This document shows, in pieces, positions 25,491-41,819 of a stretch of DNA of 64,000 nucleotides. The stretch covers positions 2,666,001 to 2,730,000 of the forward strand of contig NC_058383.1 of NCBI RefSeq assembly GCF_018350175.1. The letters run 5' to 3'. A program made the position numbers and the translations under genes. Under the pieces are notes generated by a model that saw only the letters and a program-made list of their open reading frames with translations, had not been told where the DNA came from and ran no database searches. The DNA is from Felis catus (taxonomy: Eukaryota). How positions within the stretch are numbered: position 1 is the stretch's first letter; each line of letters starts with the position of its first letter.

Positions 25491-25831
25491 CAGATCATTA
25501 CTGCTGTCTTCAGTTTTACTGAGGTGTAGTGAAACAGTGCAGTACCGTATGGGGCTCGGGGCACACGTACACCCCTATGTAACCCCGACCGCGACCAAGG
25601 TTCAGAATATTTCCAGCCCACCAGAAAGCTCTTATGTCCATGTTATTTCAGAGAAGGAAAAGATCCAGCCTTTGCCCTTAGGAAGCTTTAACATCTCTCT
25701 GGGATAAGAAGTCTAAAGTATGTGAAGTTGTTAGTGAGCAATCATTAGCGAATGTACTTTTAACATCACGTTGTGGGCTGGCGTCTCAGTCCAGTTATAT
25801 TTTTGCTATAACAAAAATATCACAGACTACA

Positions 25832-25957
25832 GGGGCATCTGGGTGGCTCGGTTCATTCAGCATTTGACTCTTGATTTCAGCTCAGGTCATTATCTCACGG
25901 TTTGTGAGTTCAAGCCCCACACTGGGCTCCGCGCCAACTGTGCATAGCCTGCTTGGG

Positions 25958-26025
<68 letters not shown>

Positions 26026-26100
26026 CCCGCCCCCGCCCCTCCACTGCTTGTGCACTCTCTCTTTCTCTCAAAATAAATAATAAACATTTTAAAAATATTT
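25832..26100 (+). mobile_element. CAN-SINE with expanded (CT)n
   Basis: TSD aaaaatatcacagact / aaaagtatcacggact. Confidence 0.95.
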
Positions 26101-26286
26101 AAAAGTATCACGGACTCGGGGGCTCAACAGCAAATATTTCTCTCGGTTGCCAGGTTGGGAAGTCCAAGATCAGGGTGCTGGCAGATTCTCTGTGGGGTGA
26201 GTACCTGCTTCCTGGCTCACAGACACGTGCTTCCTGGTGTCCTCACCTGGTGGCAGAGGAAAGGGAGCATGTTGGGGCCCCTTTTA

Positions 26287-26567
26287 TTTATTTATTTATT
26301 TTATTTTATTATTTTTTTAAATGGCATAACATGATAATGAATTGTCTTTTTTTTTTAATTTTTTTTAACGTTTATTTATTTTTGAGACAGAGAGAGACAG
26401 ACCATGAATGGGGGAGGGTCAGAGAGAGGGAAACACAGAATCTGAAACAGGCTCCAGGATCTGAGTTGTCCGCACAGACCCTGACGCGGGGCTCGGACTC
26501 ACAAACTGCGAGATCATGACCTGAGCCGAAGTCGGCCGCTTAACCGACTGAGCCACCCAGGCGCCCC
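26287..26567 (-). mobile_element. Felid CAN-SINE with 28-nt 3' transduced tag and second A tail
   Basis: TSD tggggcc(c/t)ctttta at 26273-26286 and 26568-26581. Confidence 0.93.
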
Positions 26568-26732
26568 TGGGGCCTCTTTTATATAAAGGCACAAATCCCA
26601 CGTCATTTCACAAGTGTGTTCCCTCTTGGTACCTTAACAGTGGGAGCTAGGATTTCAACATAGGAATCTGGGGGATGGGGATACCAACATTCGGTTTGTT
26701 GCATGTAGGGACTCACAATAAGGGAGTTGGGA

Positions 26733-26815
26733 TTATGGTGGTGGTGGTGACGATGGTGATAATGATCATGGTGGTGGTGGCAGTGAACAGGGTGATGGTG
26801 GTGATGGTGGTGGGG
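26733..26815. repeat. (GTG/ATG)n low-complexity repeat
   Basis: Direct inspection. Confidence 0.85.
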
Positions 26816-28399
26816 TCAGAGAGAAGTGGAAATCTGCACAATATTTGGAAAGTAAAATGGACCAGCTTCAGTGATTCTTGGCAATCACTTGGAAATGGAG
26901 GATGAGGAACAAGGACAAACCAAATTTATCTCGTAGAGTGTCTAGAAATTACTTTAAGCTGCTCTTGGCTTGGTTGAACCTGCAAATATGCATGTGTGGT
27001 GTAACAAAGGGCTTCAAATGGTAACAGTCTCCATGTTTGGGATTGCTGTGGTGGATTCGAGGCGACTGCACGTTTCGACAGTCCTCTGTTCAGGAGATGG
27101 GGCTTGTTTCCCTTCCCCTGTGATCTGGGCTGGCCTAGGACTGTTTGGACAAACTCATGGGAGAAGTGATGTGCACGCCTTCTCCCACAGCATCTTGTCT
27201 CTGAACGCAAGGTGTCAAGACCCTGGTAAGGGATGCTCCATCTGCCTGCCTGGTCCCTGAGGGGTGCCGTGAGGCACTGTCTATTTAAATTAGAGGGGAT
27301 AGAAATTACTCAATTTGAGCAGTCCTCCCCCTGGAAGAGATTAAATCCCAGCTAACAGGGAGATGGATGAGAAGCGGGGGGCAAGAATCTGTCAAGCGCT
27401 ATTCCTCATCCAACCTCAGCTCCCTGGAACGATGGCTCCTCAGTGACTGTTCGGACTGTGAAAGCGAATGCGATTTTAGGAATGTGCGAAATGAGGAAAA
27501 TAAATCCATGAGTTCACGTGGCAACTCTTCAAAAGTCTGTGTGGTCCAGTTAGGTTATTTCTGTCACCATTTTCGTTGTACAATGGCATTTCTTCCCGGG
27601 ATAAAAGCTCATCGAAATGATGTCTTCCTAGGAGCATATATACAAACTTTACACCCGGCTAATCGTACACCTGATTAAAACTTAAATGCATCAGAACATC
27701 CTTTGGAATAATTAAAGACACTTCACCAACAGGGGCACGATGCTAAATGTGTCCAAACACATCTGAAGTCAGCAGAGATAGAGCTACGGGGAGGGAGTTA
27801 ATATGGCATTATGTCATTTCGCAGTAATTTTAAAGAATGCAGAATTTGGCTTTCAAAGGATATGCCTTTTCATTTGGGGTGAAATAAGGTGCACTCTCCA
27901 GTCAAAATAAGTGGCCCATTTGTGTGAAGTTAATGTACGAAGCACAATTTATCTCCAGGTTGTTGAAGGGAAGGCAATCATTTAAGGGCCACTGCTGTTC
28001 CCTGGGAAGGGAGCATCCAAGACAGTTTTGATCCATTGATGAGCGCTGTCTAATACGCTCCCCGAGGTACAGTTACCCTAAATCTATTAGACTTTTACAG
28101 TCTTCCAGGATGTGCAGTCTGGAGATGCTCCATCACACTGTATTAACTTGACAACGTAATGTACTGCCATCTTTTATTTTCATAGGAAGTACTAGGTTTG
28201 ACCTTGAAACTCTTAACCACACTTTATAATCTTCAGCCCATCCTGGCAAAGAGGGCCCCCTAAGAAAAATGCCCTGGCGAGAGTTGAGTCCATAAAACCT
28301 TGGATTGGAATGACTGAAATGGGGGAGGTTTGGAGAGGTGGGGTACCGGCAGATCTGTCTAGATGCACAGGGGCAAGTGAAGCGAGGACGTGAAGAGTC

Positions 28400-28610
28400 A
28401 CGAGAATTGTTAACAGCTGCGGTTTGCTGTGCTCTCGCCCTGTGGCAGGCACCGCGCTTCACAGGCTTTCCTGCCGCCTCCTCGTGAGGTTGAACAGAGA
28501 CTCAGAGAGGTTATGTTACTTACCCAAGATCACCCAGCTATTAAGTGGCAGAGGCGGGAATCAGACTCAGGTCTTTTTGACTCAAAAACCAGAGCTCTTA
28601 AGCACATGCA
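28400..28610 (-). mobile_element. MIR
   Basis: gagactcagagaggttatgttacttacccaagatcacccagctattaagtggcagag. Confidence 0.8.
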
Positions 28611-29522
28611 GTGATGGCTCACTCTGAAACAAAATCTCCGCTTTTGAGAAGTTAAGTCATCTTGGGCCATACTTGTCCATTTGGTGCCTTTGTATACCAT
28701 TGTCTAGCCCTTCCCTTCCCTTGTCATAAGCTGATAGCTGGGCATTGTCTTCCTGGGTCTTTTCCTAAGAAGACAGGGTCCTTCCCTAGGGGCCCAGGAT
28801 GGTGTGCTGGGTGTGCTAGGTGCATTCGGCTCCAGAGCAGGAAATTGGAAAGGGCCGAAACGGTAGCTCCATGCAAACCTCCTAGATGCTGAGCCCGTTC
28901 GGGGACCACACTTTGACTCCCCTGGACCGATTAGTCCACAGGCAAATGCCAGGGGACACGTGAAAGTGCCTGATCTCTGCAGAGAGTACTGCCTTCGGAC
29001 GGCTGAACTGAGGTTCCAGAGACCAAGTCAAAGGTGAACAGTTCACCGGCTAGCAGCGGACGCAGACATTGATCGGCAGGGAGGAGCATTGTACAGATCC
29101 ATGGTGGATACTCACAAATTTGCTTCTTCCTGCAAGCCATAAAGGCTTTTAATTATTGAAGAATGATCCTTGCGTCTGGCCAATTTATCAGCCTCTGGCA
29201 AGAGTAAAAGTCAACCGGCTATGAATCCTATGTGATTACTAATAAGAACGACATAAAATGACACCGGTGCTGAGGAATGTTCTTGGTTGGGCTCCAGCCA
29301 AGGCAGTCCTGGATTGGATGACCCCAGGTTAAGATAGTACTGCTTCCTTGGTGGTTCTAAGTGCACGCAGAAGGCAAATGCTCCCAGAAGGCAGGTAATC
29401 ACAGGGCCGCCGAAGCGTTGGAAGTAGGCGAAGATGCTTTCCAGTAGGCCCCCAAGTGGCTCCCCGTCCCAGGATCATCCTTGCTCCCTCAGGCAACTGG
29501 GGCATGCCTGGAGCCTCCTTTT

Positions 29523-29964
29523 TTCATTAAAAAAATTTTTAATGTTTATTTACTTATTAAATATAATTTATTGTCAAATTGGTTTCCATACAACACCCAG
29601 TGCTCATCCCAACAGGTGCTCTCCTCAATGCCCATCACCCACTTTCCCCTCTCCCCCACCCCCCATCCACCCTCAGTTTGTTCTCTGTATTTAAGAGTCT
29701 CTTACGGTTTGCCTCCCTCCCTCTCTGTAACATTTTTCCCCCTTCCCCTCCCCCATGGTCTTCTGTTCTCAGGACCCACATATGAGTGAAAACATATGGT
29801 ATCTGTCTTTCTCTGCCTGACTTACTTCACTTAGCATAATACCCTCCAGTTCCATCCACGTTGCTGCAAATGGCCGGATTTGGTTCTTTCTCATTGCCAA
29901 GTAGTATTCCATTGTACATATAGACCACATTTTCTTTATCCATTTATCAGTTGATGGACATTTA
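29523..29964 (-). mobile_element. 5'-truncated young carnivore/felid L1 (ORF2 C-terminus plus 3' UTR)
   Basis: Translates KCPSTDKWIKKMWSICTMEYYLAMRKNQIRPFAATWMELEGIMLSEVSQAEKDRYHMFSLICGS; TSD tggagcct(c/t)ctttt at 29509-29522 and 29965-29978. Confidence 0.95.
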
Positions 29965-29978
29965 TGGAGCCTTCTTTT

Positions 29979-30195
29979 AAAAAGAAATGTTTCATTTATT
30001 TTTGAGAGAGAGCAGAAGTGGGGAAGGTACGGGGGGGGGGGTGCAGAGGATCCAAAGCAGGGAGCCAGCAGCGAGCTCATGACAGCATGGGAGCTCATGA
30101 CAGCAGCGAGCCCATGTGTGGCTCAAACTCATGAACCGTGAGATCATGACCTGAGCCGAGGTCGGCCACTTGACTGACGGAGTCACCCAGGCTCA
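29979..30195 (-). mobile_element. Diverged CAN-SINE with internal tandem duplication
   Basis: gagatcatgacctgagccgaggtcgg...gagtcacccaggc; gagctcatgacagca occurs twice. Confidence 0.85.
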
Positions 30196-30309
30196 GTCCC
30201 CCCACCCTCCTTCTGGAGCCTCCTCCATGCACCTCTTTACTCTGGGGCCCAGGCCACTCTGCAGAGGTCCCCAGCTGGGAGCCAGCATGCCTAGGCTTGA
30301 GAGACATGA

Positions 30310-30970
30310 TAACAGCCCAGATGTCCACCAACAGATGGATGGGCAAACGAATTATGGTATATCCATACAATACAAAAATCATTTATCCATAAAAAAAAAA
30401 AACCAGAATGCTGGGGCGCCTGGATGGCTCAGTTGATTGAGCAGCAACCAACTTTGGCTCAGGTCATGATCTCACGGTCTGTGAGTCCATGAGTTCGAGA
30501 CTTGCGTCAGGCTCTGTGCTGACAGCTCAGAGCCTGGAGCCTGCTTTGAGTTCTGTGTCTCCCTCTCTCTCTACACCTCTCCTGCTCACATTCTGTCTCT
30601 CTCTCTCTCCAAAAATAAACATGAAATATTTTTTTAACAAAGTTTAAAAAAAAAGAACGAAGTTCTGATAGACGATACTTTGTGGATGAACCTCAAAAAC
30701 ATGATGCCGAGTAAAAGATGTCAATGCAAAAGGTCACATGTTGTAGAATTCTATCTTATAAGAAATGTGCAGTTTAGGTAAATCCCTGGAACCAGAAAGC
30801 AGAGGGCAGGGACAGTGAGGAGTAACTGCTCAGGGTCTCCTTTCCGGGGGGTGAAAATGCCTCGGAATTAGGTAGAGGTGGAAGCTGCATGCCTAGTAAA
30901 TGCCACTGAATTATTCCCTTTACAATGGTTACTGTATGTAATGTGAGTTTCACTGTGATAGAAAAATAAA
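30310..30970 (+). mobile_element. L1MB-like 3' end split by a SINE
   Basis: cccagatgtccaccaacagatggatggg, tggatgaacctcaaaaacatgatg, aatgccactgaattattccctttacaatggtt. Confidence 0.8.
30413..30650 (+). mobile_element. Felid CAN-SINE
   Basis: Head ggggcgcctggatggctcag, (CT)n and A tail. Confidence 0.93.
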
Positions 30971-31415
30971 TAGAATAAATGCAAAAATAAATCAGATCAC
31001 AAGACCCCGTTAAACAAGCTGGGGAAGGCCTCGCAACCCAGTGACGGCCGATGAAACACCTTGGTTCATGTCAAAGACAAGGCCAAGTTCTAGGAAAGCC
31101 GTTGCATTCCTGGCTAAAGTTCAGAGAGCCACTTGCCTCGGCTCCCTATTTCCCCCTCCCTTGAACACAGATGCTCCATCTAGAACCCCAGGGCCATCTT
31201 GCCGTGACGGGGCTCCCAGGGCAAGGGAAAGTCTGCGGGACCATGGAGAGGCCGGCCCTGACTCCCAGTGGCTGCTGAGTCAACACCAGTAACAGCCCAT
31301 CTCTTGTCTTTTTGTCGTTGAGAAGAATCAATTCTCATTTGCTTAAGGCACTCCTAAAGAACAGCAGAAGCCATCCTCTGCGGAGCGTTGGCTGTGGGGA
31401 CCTCAAGAAACTCGA

Positions 31416-31667
31416 GGGGAGCCTGGGTGGCGCAGTCGGTTAAGCTTCCGACTCTTGATCACTGCTCAGGTCATGCTCTTGTGGTTCATGGGATCAAGTC
31501 CTGCCTTGGGCTCTGTGCTGATGGTGCAGAACCTGCTTGGGATTCTGCCTCTCCTTCTCTCTGCCCCTCCTCCACTTGTGTGCGCGCTTTCTCTCTCTTT
31601 CTCTCTCTCCCTCTCTCAAAATAAAATAAATAAACATAAAATAATTTTTAAAAAGTTAAAAAAAAAG
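31416..31667 (+). mobile_element. CAN-SINE, older subfamily
   Basis: TSD aagaaactcga / aggaaactcaa. Confidence 0.93.
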
Positions 31668-32889
31668 AGGAAACTCAAAATAAGGCGGGAGTTGGATATA
31701 ATCCAACATCACGTGGTGACCACCAGGCAGAGGAATGATAAAGAAGCTGCCTGGGCAGAGTGAGTCTCAGAGAAAAGACCCCGCGAAGCCCACGCAGGAA
31801 ACCGATCCCCCATCACAGTGTTGCTAGAATGCAAGGCAAATCAGATAAAGGACAAAAAAGTTAGCATACATATTTGCAATCTTTCAAACACCTTCCTGCT
31901 GGCCTTGCCCTGCTGAGCTGTGCTGGAGGGGACAGGCCCCGGGGTCAAAGGCCAGAGGTGATCACTTTCCTCTACTAGAGGAAGGATGGGGCGGGGTTGG
32001 GGGTGGGGTTGCAGGAAGGAGGGAACAAAGGACTGGCATTAAAGAATTAATGAAGGAGAGAAAAGGATGGGGGGGGGGGAACAGCTCCCGGAAGAACCAG
32101 GGCTTTGAGGTGAGAAGCATGGAAAGTGGGTTTTTAGGACATCCCTCTGTGTGCGAAGGCCCTTCCATGGGAAATTGTCAGTAGACTGTCATTAGAGTTC
32201 AGTCCTTGGGGGGGTTGGGTTTTCTGCTGGTTGTATTGCTGGCTGTGGGAGTCTCAGTCTCCTTTAAGGTAGGGGGAAAAAAAGCCGGTTTCCTTTGGGT
32301 GACAGCGAGGGATAAGGCAGGGGGATGGAGAAATGGGGGTGGATAGATGGAGGGCCAGGCTGCGGAACATCCCCGGGGTCTGGGACTTCATTCCGCAGGC
32401 AGAGGGCAACTTTTGGATGGCGGACAAATTGTTTAGCTTCCCTAAAGCTCAGTTACGTCTATAGATCGGAAATCATAATGGTACCTGTGCTATAGATTTG
32501 TCACGGGTGTTACACAAAACCACACATGAAGATAGACCTAACAAATTTCTGAGCACAGAGTAGGCTCTTAATTAACCATCCCTGAATCTGGATCTTCCTT
32601 TGCACGTCCAAACTGATCTGCCCCGTGTCCGATTCATCGAGGACCGACCCTCTCTCTACAGCTAATCCACAATTTGCACCCCAGCCCCCCAGCGACATGC
32701 GCTTTGTGATAATTCTGTGGTTCACAGCGGACTTCACTCCTTGATCCAAAGGAGGGACAAGGTGGGCATTTCTGTGGGAAGTAGACACACAGTCTGCTTC
32801 ATTACAAGGCTCTGAGCCTCGAGCCGGTTCTAGCTGCTGATCAAGATCAAGGCCCGAAATGAGGGACACAGACAAAAAGAATTACAAAC

Positions 32890-33095
32890 ATGTATTACAC
32901 GTTTACTCCACGTGCCTCTGGGAAGTATCCCCCTTAATCTTCACAAGGGCCCTGTGGCATAGCTACGTATACTTGCTCCTCTGTACTGATGAAGAAAGAG
33001 CCCAGAGAGGTAAGGTGCTTTGCCTCAGGCCACCCAGCTAGGGAGCAGCAGGTCCGGGTCTTGAACCCAGACTGTTCGCCATTAGTCTGAGCTCT
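32890..33095 (-). mobile_element. MIR
   Basis: gatgaagaaagagcccagagaggtaaggtgctttgcctcaggccacccagcta. Confidence 0.75.
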
Positions 33096-33188
33096 TGACT
33101 CTGAAGACATGCCATGTCTCTGGGGAAAGCCAAGAAATCCTGGTGGAGGAGTGAAAATCCAAAAGTACATGAAACACAGCCATAAGCT

Positions 33189-33375
33189 GGGGCACCTGGG
33201 TGGCCTAGTTGGCTAAGCATCTGGCTTTTGATTTCGGCTCAGGTCATGATCTCACGGTTCAAGAGTTCAAGCCCCTCAGCAGGCTCTGTGTGGATGATGT
33301 AGAGCCTGCTGGGGGTTCTTTATCCCTCTTTCTCTCTGCCCCTCACTCTCCCTCTCTCTCAAAATGAATAAACGT

Positions 33376-33420
<45 letters not shown>
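33189..33420 (+). mobile_element. CAN-SINE with (CA)n tail
   Basis: Head ggggcacctgggtggc; (CA)n at 33379-33420. Confidence 0.93.
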
Positions 33421-33422
<2 letters not shown>

Positions 33423-35799
33423 ATCATAAACTTACCTTGTAGGTCCAGATGATTAGATTCTATATAGTTTGCCTTAAAAAAAAAAAGGTATTTATATGTT
33501 CATTCTCATATATCCCATTCTGTTCCAATAAATTAACTGTGCTCAGCTTTGCACAGAAGTGGAGAACTGCCCCAAATCAGATGGCTCCATGCACAGGCTG
33601 TTTCTTGCAGGATCATTCCTAGAGGGGATTCCTGCAGCCAAATGACACCAAGTGTGACCATCGCAGAGCACAAACAGGATTAAAAGGAAAACATCTGTGT
33701 TTTGCAAGGCTGCACTAACACAAGACAAACAAGCTATGTTTATACCCAAATGCTCAGTGGCTTTTGCTGCAGAGAGGGCTGGTGACCGTCTGGACAGGAC
33801 GTTGATTAGAAGAGAGGCAGAGAATGTACTGATGCCCGCACCTGAGTTCTTCGGGTGGCCTGGGGCCCGAAGATACGTGTGATTCCATTGTGTCAGGGTG
33901 ACTGGTAGACCATCCTCTGTGGCGGTGTTGTTGTTAAAGTCAGTGAGTCATTGTTACGCTTCCCTCCTGGGATGAAGTCTTGGGAATTTTAGAGTAACTT
34001 CACACATGCACTCCTATTTTATTAACACTTCTCAGATGCCATGCAGGGCTCTGAACTTCAAACAAAGCTGGCTGGGATTTGATCCTCCAAAGAGAAGAAG
34101 AGACTCCATCAAGATGCCCACATGCCTGAAGCTATTTGTTGGATCCCAAAAAAAGGTCTCATTTTGTGTGTTGCGGGGAGGGGAAGGAAACTTAATTAGC
34201 AGTGAATGAAGCAACTCTCAGAACATATGGTTTCAGGTTGTGCCAAGATTCGTGGCCAATTTATTACTTTATTATTATTGTTGTTGTTAATCTTTACTTG
34301 AAAGATGTGTAAAGCCACTCAGTAAATCCCTTTCTGGAGGACACCGAAGTTGGAGGATGGCAAGAAAGATCGCAGATCAGAGCGAAAGCGTTTTTGTCGT
34401 ACATCCACATTAAAGGGTAAAGTTTGTTCCATAATGGCTTTTTTTTTCTTCCTTAACAAAGAAATAGCACTCTCCTTTGTTTGGGAAACCTACTTTGATG
34501 CCTTCAAGAATAATTTGCTTTTTTCTGATTCCTAGTTTGTTCATCTCCTTTGGCAACTGTGTACTTCCTGCATCTGAACCAATATTTGGAAGGGACGTTT
34601 TTTTCTGTTTATATAACTTCCATGTTTCAGAGAAGACGTCACGGCTGAAAGAGAGGCAGTTTGAGAAAAGGTCTGTTCTCTGTTCTCCACAAGCCAAGGG
34701 AAACATGTTTTTAAAATCTTGCTAACACGTTAGCTTTGGCATCTTTAAAACTCGTTTTTCTCCACTCTTTTTGTGTCTTTCGAACTTGGCTGTCAGTGAG
34801 CGGTGAGGTCTTGCGAGTGTCCAGAGGCAGAGATATGCACTGTAGCCCCATCACCAACTGGCAGAGGGCGTCGGTTACAAGATTATTGGCCTCGTTCAAT
34901 TAAGGGGGCGGATTGAGCAGGACTGGGAGCCATCTGTGCCTATGGAAACTGTCTGGAGTTGGGACCACACATCCATGAGAGCAACATTCAATTGCAAATT
35001 GTTAGAATTGACCAGAAAGTAGAGAAACGCAATAGCGCGTCTCTTGCCACACTGCCTCCCACGTGGTGAGCTCCGTTGTAGGGCTGACAAATAGATGTAG
35101 GGCTTTATGAATGACCCTTTTACTCTGTTGACACACAGGTGACCCCTGTGTCCTCTAAATGGTGCAGGCCAGACATCTTTTCTGAGTCCTAATAGTCCCT
35201 TCCCTTTCATAAATGGCCAAATCGAAGCACATTAGTGCTCTCAGGGGGCCAACTCTTTAAATGCCTCCTGTACAATGGGCCTCAGAGGCCCCCAACTCCT
35301 TCCTAAATGCGCCTTACCACGAATCCCGGTGCACTTCCTCACACTCAGGCATCAGCTGGCTCTGCTGCACGTCCTTGCTGAGGCCACAGCAGCAACTGCT
35401 GAATATTTTATTAGTCACTGTGACCATCCATGCAGTCTGCACCTGGATGTCATCTTTCCTATTGTGACACCCTTTTCCCTTAAAGGAGCCACTGGTGATG
35501 ATGCAGTACAGTCTGTTTAGAAACAAGGTTTCAACCAGGCTCCATGTTAAGCTGGGCAACATTATCCTTTCTGGGAAGAGGTCTTTGAAGGTTTGTGCAG
35601 ACTTGGTAAAAGGGAACACTCCAGGGAGGGCCTTGGTTTCATGAAAGTCCCCTCTCTGTCCCCAACTCCCTTGCAGCTAACCCCAGGGGAGAAACTTTAA
35701 AAGAGAAAATGAAGACCTAGAAGACTCCAAAGGTTGCTTTTTCAAAAGGCTCTAGTTTCCAAGAGTACTATTTTTATTCTTTGGTTTTAGAACTTGGGT

Positions 35800-36060
35800 G
35801 AATTCATTTATTCATCAACAAATGTTTATTTAATTCTTACTATGTCAGGCACTAGGCAAGTCAGTGGAACTCAACCCTGGACAGTAAGACGCCCACCTTG
35901 CCCTCAGAGAACAGAAAGTCCAGTGAGGGATTCATTCATTCATACATTCATTCATTCAGTACTGTTTATTGAGTGCTTACTATGTGCCTGGCATTGTTCT
36001 AGAGACCAGGACACACAGTAGTGGACAAAACAAACAAAAGTCATTCTGGTGGGAGATGGG
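35800..36060 (-). mobile_element. Two tandem L2 3' ends
   Basis: attcatttattcatcaacaaatgtttatt and attcattcattcag...tttattgagtgcttactatgtgcctggcattg. Confidence 0.75.
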
Positions 36061-36129
36061 AATTTTTCAGATAATTACATAATGTATATAATTATAAAAT
36101 GTAATAAGTACAGCAAAGAAAACCTTCTT

Positions 36130-39540
<3,411 letters not shown>

Positions 39541-39559
39541 GGAGAGAGAAGCCTTGAAA

Positions 39560-39870
39560 AGGCATAACTAACGAGGTGTAACTTACATACAGTGAATTCA
39601 CACATCTCAAGTGTACAACTTGATAAATCTTTACAAAGCACATAAATCCAGAGCATGATATAGAAGCCAGCACTGCAGAAGCTTCTCTTGAGTCACCTCT
39701 CGATGATAGCGTTCACAAAGAATAACCACCATTGCGACTTCCATCACCATAAATGAATCGTGTTTGTTTTTGACTATTGTACGAAGCAGCCATGCAGCCT
39801 CCTACAGCATATTCTCTTTAATGACTGGTTTCATTGTCCCCATAGTATGTCACTGTGGTTCATCCTGAGG
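39560..39870 (-). mobile_element. Old L1 3' end remnant
   Basis: gaggtgtaacttacatacagtgaattcacacatctcaagtgtacaacttgataaat. Confidence 0.7.
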
Positions 39871-41819
39871 GGCTGTCTTCTCCACCACTGTGGTGCTGAC
39901 CCAGTTGGAAGGCAGGGGCTCCACACTCAACATTGAGAAGAGTGTCTTTTCCTTCTGAGCCCTGCAAAGCAGGGGGGAGGGAGCTGAATTTTGGATGGTT
40001 TTCAGAATCCTCTACCCGAGGCTGTTGAGGGAGCTGATGTCCCGCCCACAGTGTAGGTGGCTTTGACAATGCTCCCCAGCTCCCTCCTGACCCTCAGTCT
40101 TCCATTTCCCTCGCCTGATGTCTGCTTTAAATAAAGTAACAACCAAGTGTCAGGGACTGCGGAGAGGCTTGGGACAGCCTTCCCGCCTCAGCCCTCAGAC
40201 AGCTCACCAGGGGTGTAAAAATAATTAAAGTTGCAAAGGGAGATGTAGGTATTATTTTTAGACATGTGTCCCAGGTTTGTCTCTCTTCGGTGCCCTGTTC
40301 CAGTCCCTCGCTGGGTGCCGGTGTTTTTAAAAGTTAACTCCTTCATGTTGGGTTTGCCAAAAAATGTTAACTTATGGAGCAAAATGCCGAGATGTGATAT
40401 GTTCCCGACGCACGCTGGTGGGTCCTGCAGCTGGACGAGGAGGAGGCGGGCACTCTGGAGTCTCCTAACGTGTGCTTTGTTCCCTGGGTGTTGAGTGAGG
40501 GTGAGCTGTGCTCCCTCCACCCGCTCCCTGATGTGTGGAGGCTGCAAGGCGGACCCTTGTTCCAGGGCAGCCGAATGCTCCCCCTGGCTGTTCCCTGGAA
40601 TCCATCATTGAAAGTAATGGACTGATGGAAGTCTGTGGTCCAAACTACAAGAATAAGAGAGAGTGGCGTGAAACACACGCCCGTTATGCAGAGCACAGTG
40701 CAATTCGACATCTGTTTTAAATGAGTCATTTCCGCTTCCATGTTATCACTTTGTTATGTCCGCAGTGGTGAGGCTCGTCAGAGTTACGTGTATTTCCATT
40801 GGTTTCCCTGGAAAGATGGATTGTCAAAGATGACGGTCTGAATTTGACCGCCAGAACCCATGGTCCACACGTCTGGGCCCCATTCCCAACCTACTTAGAG
40901 AACCCATGTCACAATGGCTTTGTTTTTGCATAAACAAGAGGATGACACTAATTATCCAGGTCAAATAGTACACGCAAAGCTCAGAAAAGGCATCTGGTGA
41001 GGACACCATTCATAGTCACGCTGCGAGTGGAAAATGAGGAACCGTGATGGGCAGTTTTGTTGCCTTAGTGAAGCTGATTCACTATCCATTGCAAAGGAGA
41101 TATTTTGCTTATTTCAGCAAGGAAGCGGAAATGTGGTAGAGTGCAATCCCACTTCAGTGGAATCCCAAGTGGACGGTGTCCATGTGCTTGTGATTCCCCT
41201 TCGATCCGAGAAGGAAGAAAGAATCACGACTCTGGAGAAAGGAATAATGGAAGATCAGCAAGGTGCTGATGAGATGCCAGCTGAATTATAGACAGTCTGT
41301 CCAGGGAGGGGGGGAGGCAGTGTACTTGAGAATTCAGCCAAGGAGAACAGTGGAAACCAATAAATTATTTTGGCTGCCAAGAATAAAAACGTGTTGGTGG
41401 AAGAGGCACAGAACAAGTCACTGGGAAGGAAGGGAAGGAGTGTTGAGCGAGATTTCGATGTGGTGCCAGAGCCTCTCAAGTTGTGGGAAGACAGCTGGTG
41501 CAGTGGCTGCTGCCCTAATCCTCTGTCTGCAGCTCCCTGGGGCCACACAGTGTGGCTTAGCTTTCCCCTTTGCTACCTGCAGTGAGAGGAGAAATGTTCC
41601 TTGTTAAAATCTGAGCCACTCGTACGTTTATCAAATCCTGGATCTTCCCGGGTGCCCACACTGGGGATTAGCAAACAACTAAATGCCGTTAATCCCCCCC
41701 CCAAAACCCCCAAAAACAAAAAGCAATCAAAAAACAAAAACAAAAAAAGCCTCTGAAGGATGCAGGAGCACCTTTGCACAGTTCTCTTGGAGCCAAAGTC
41801 CATGGACTTTCAATCTTGT

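Larger units (their letters stand above)
25781..26703 (-). mobile_element. MLT1A-like MaLR LTR split by two SINEs
   Basis: gctataacaaaaatatcacagact, gggaagtccaagatcagggtgctggcagattc, taggatttcaacataggaat. Confidence 0.85.

Noticed and set aside
29769..30098. 109-aa ORF with a recognisable domain
   Set aside because: L1 ORF2 C-terminus of a 5'-truncated element fused by chance to SINE sequence
40535..41291. Protein-looking short ORFs (61 and 85 aa) in unique DNA
   Set aside because: No recognisable family or consistent exon chain; a lncRNA exon cannot be excluded without RNA data
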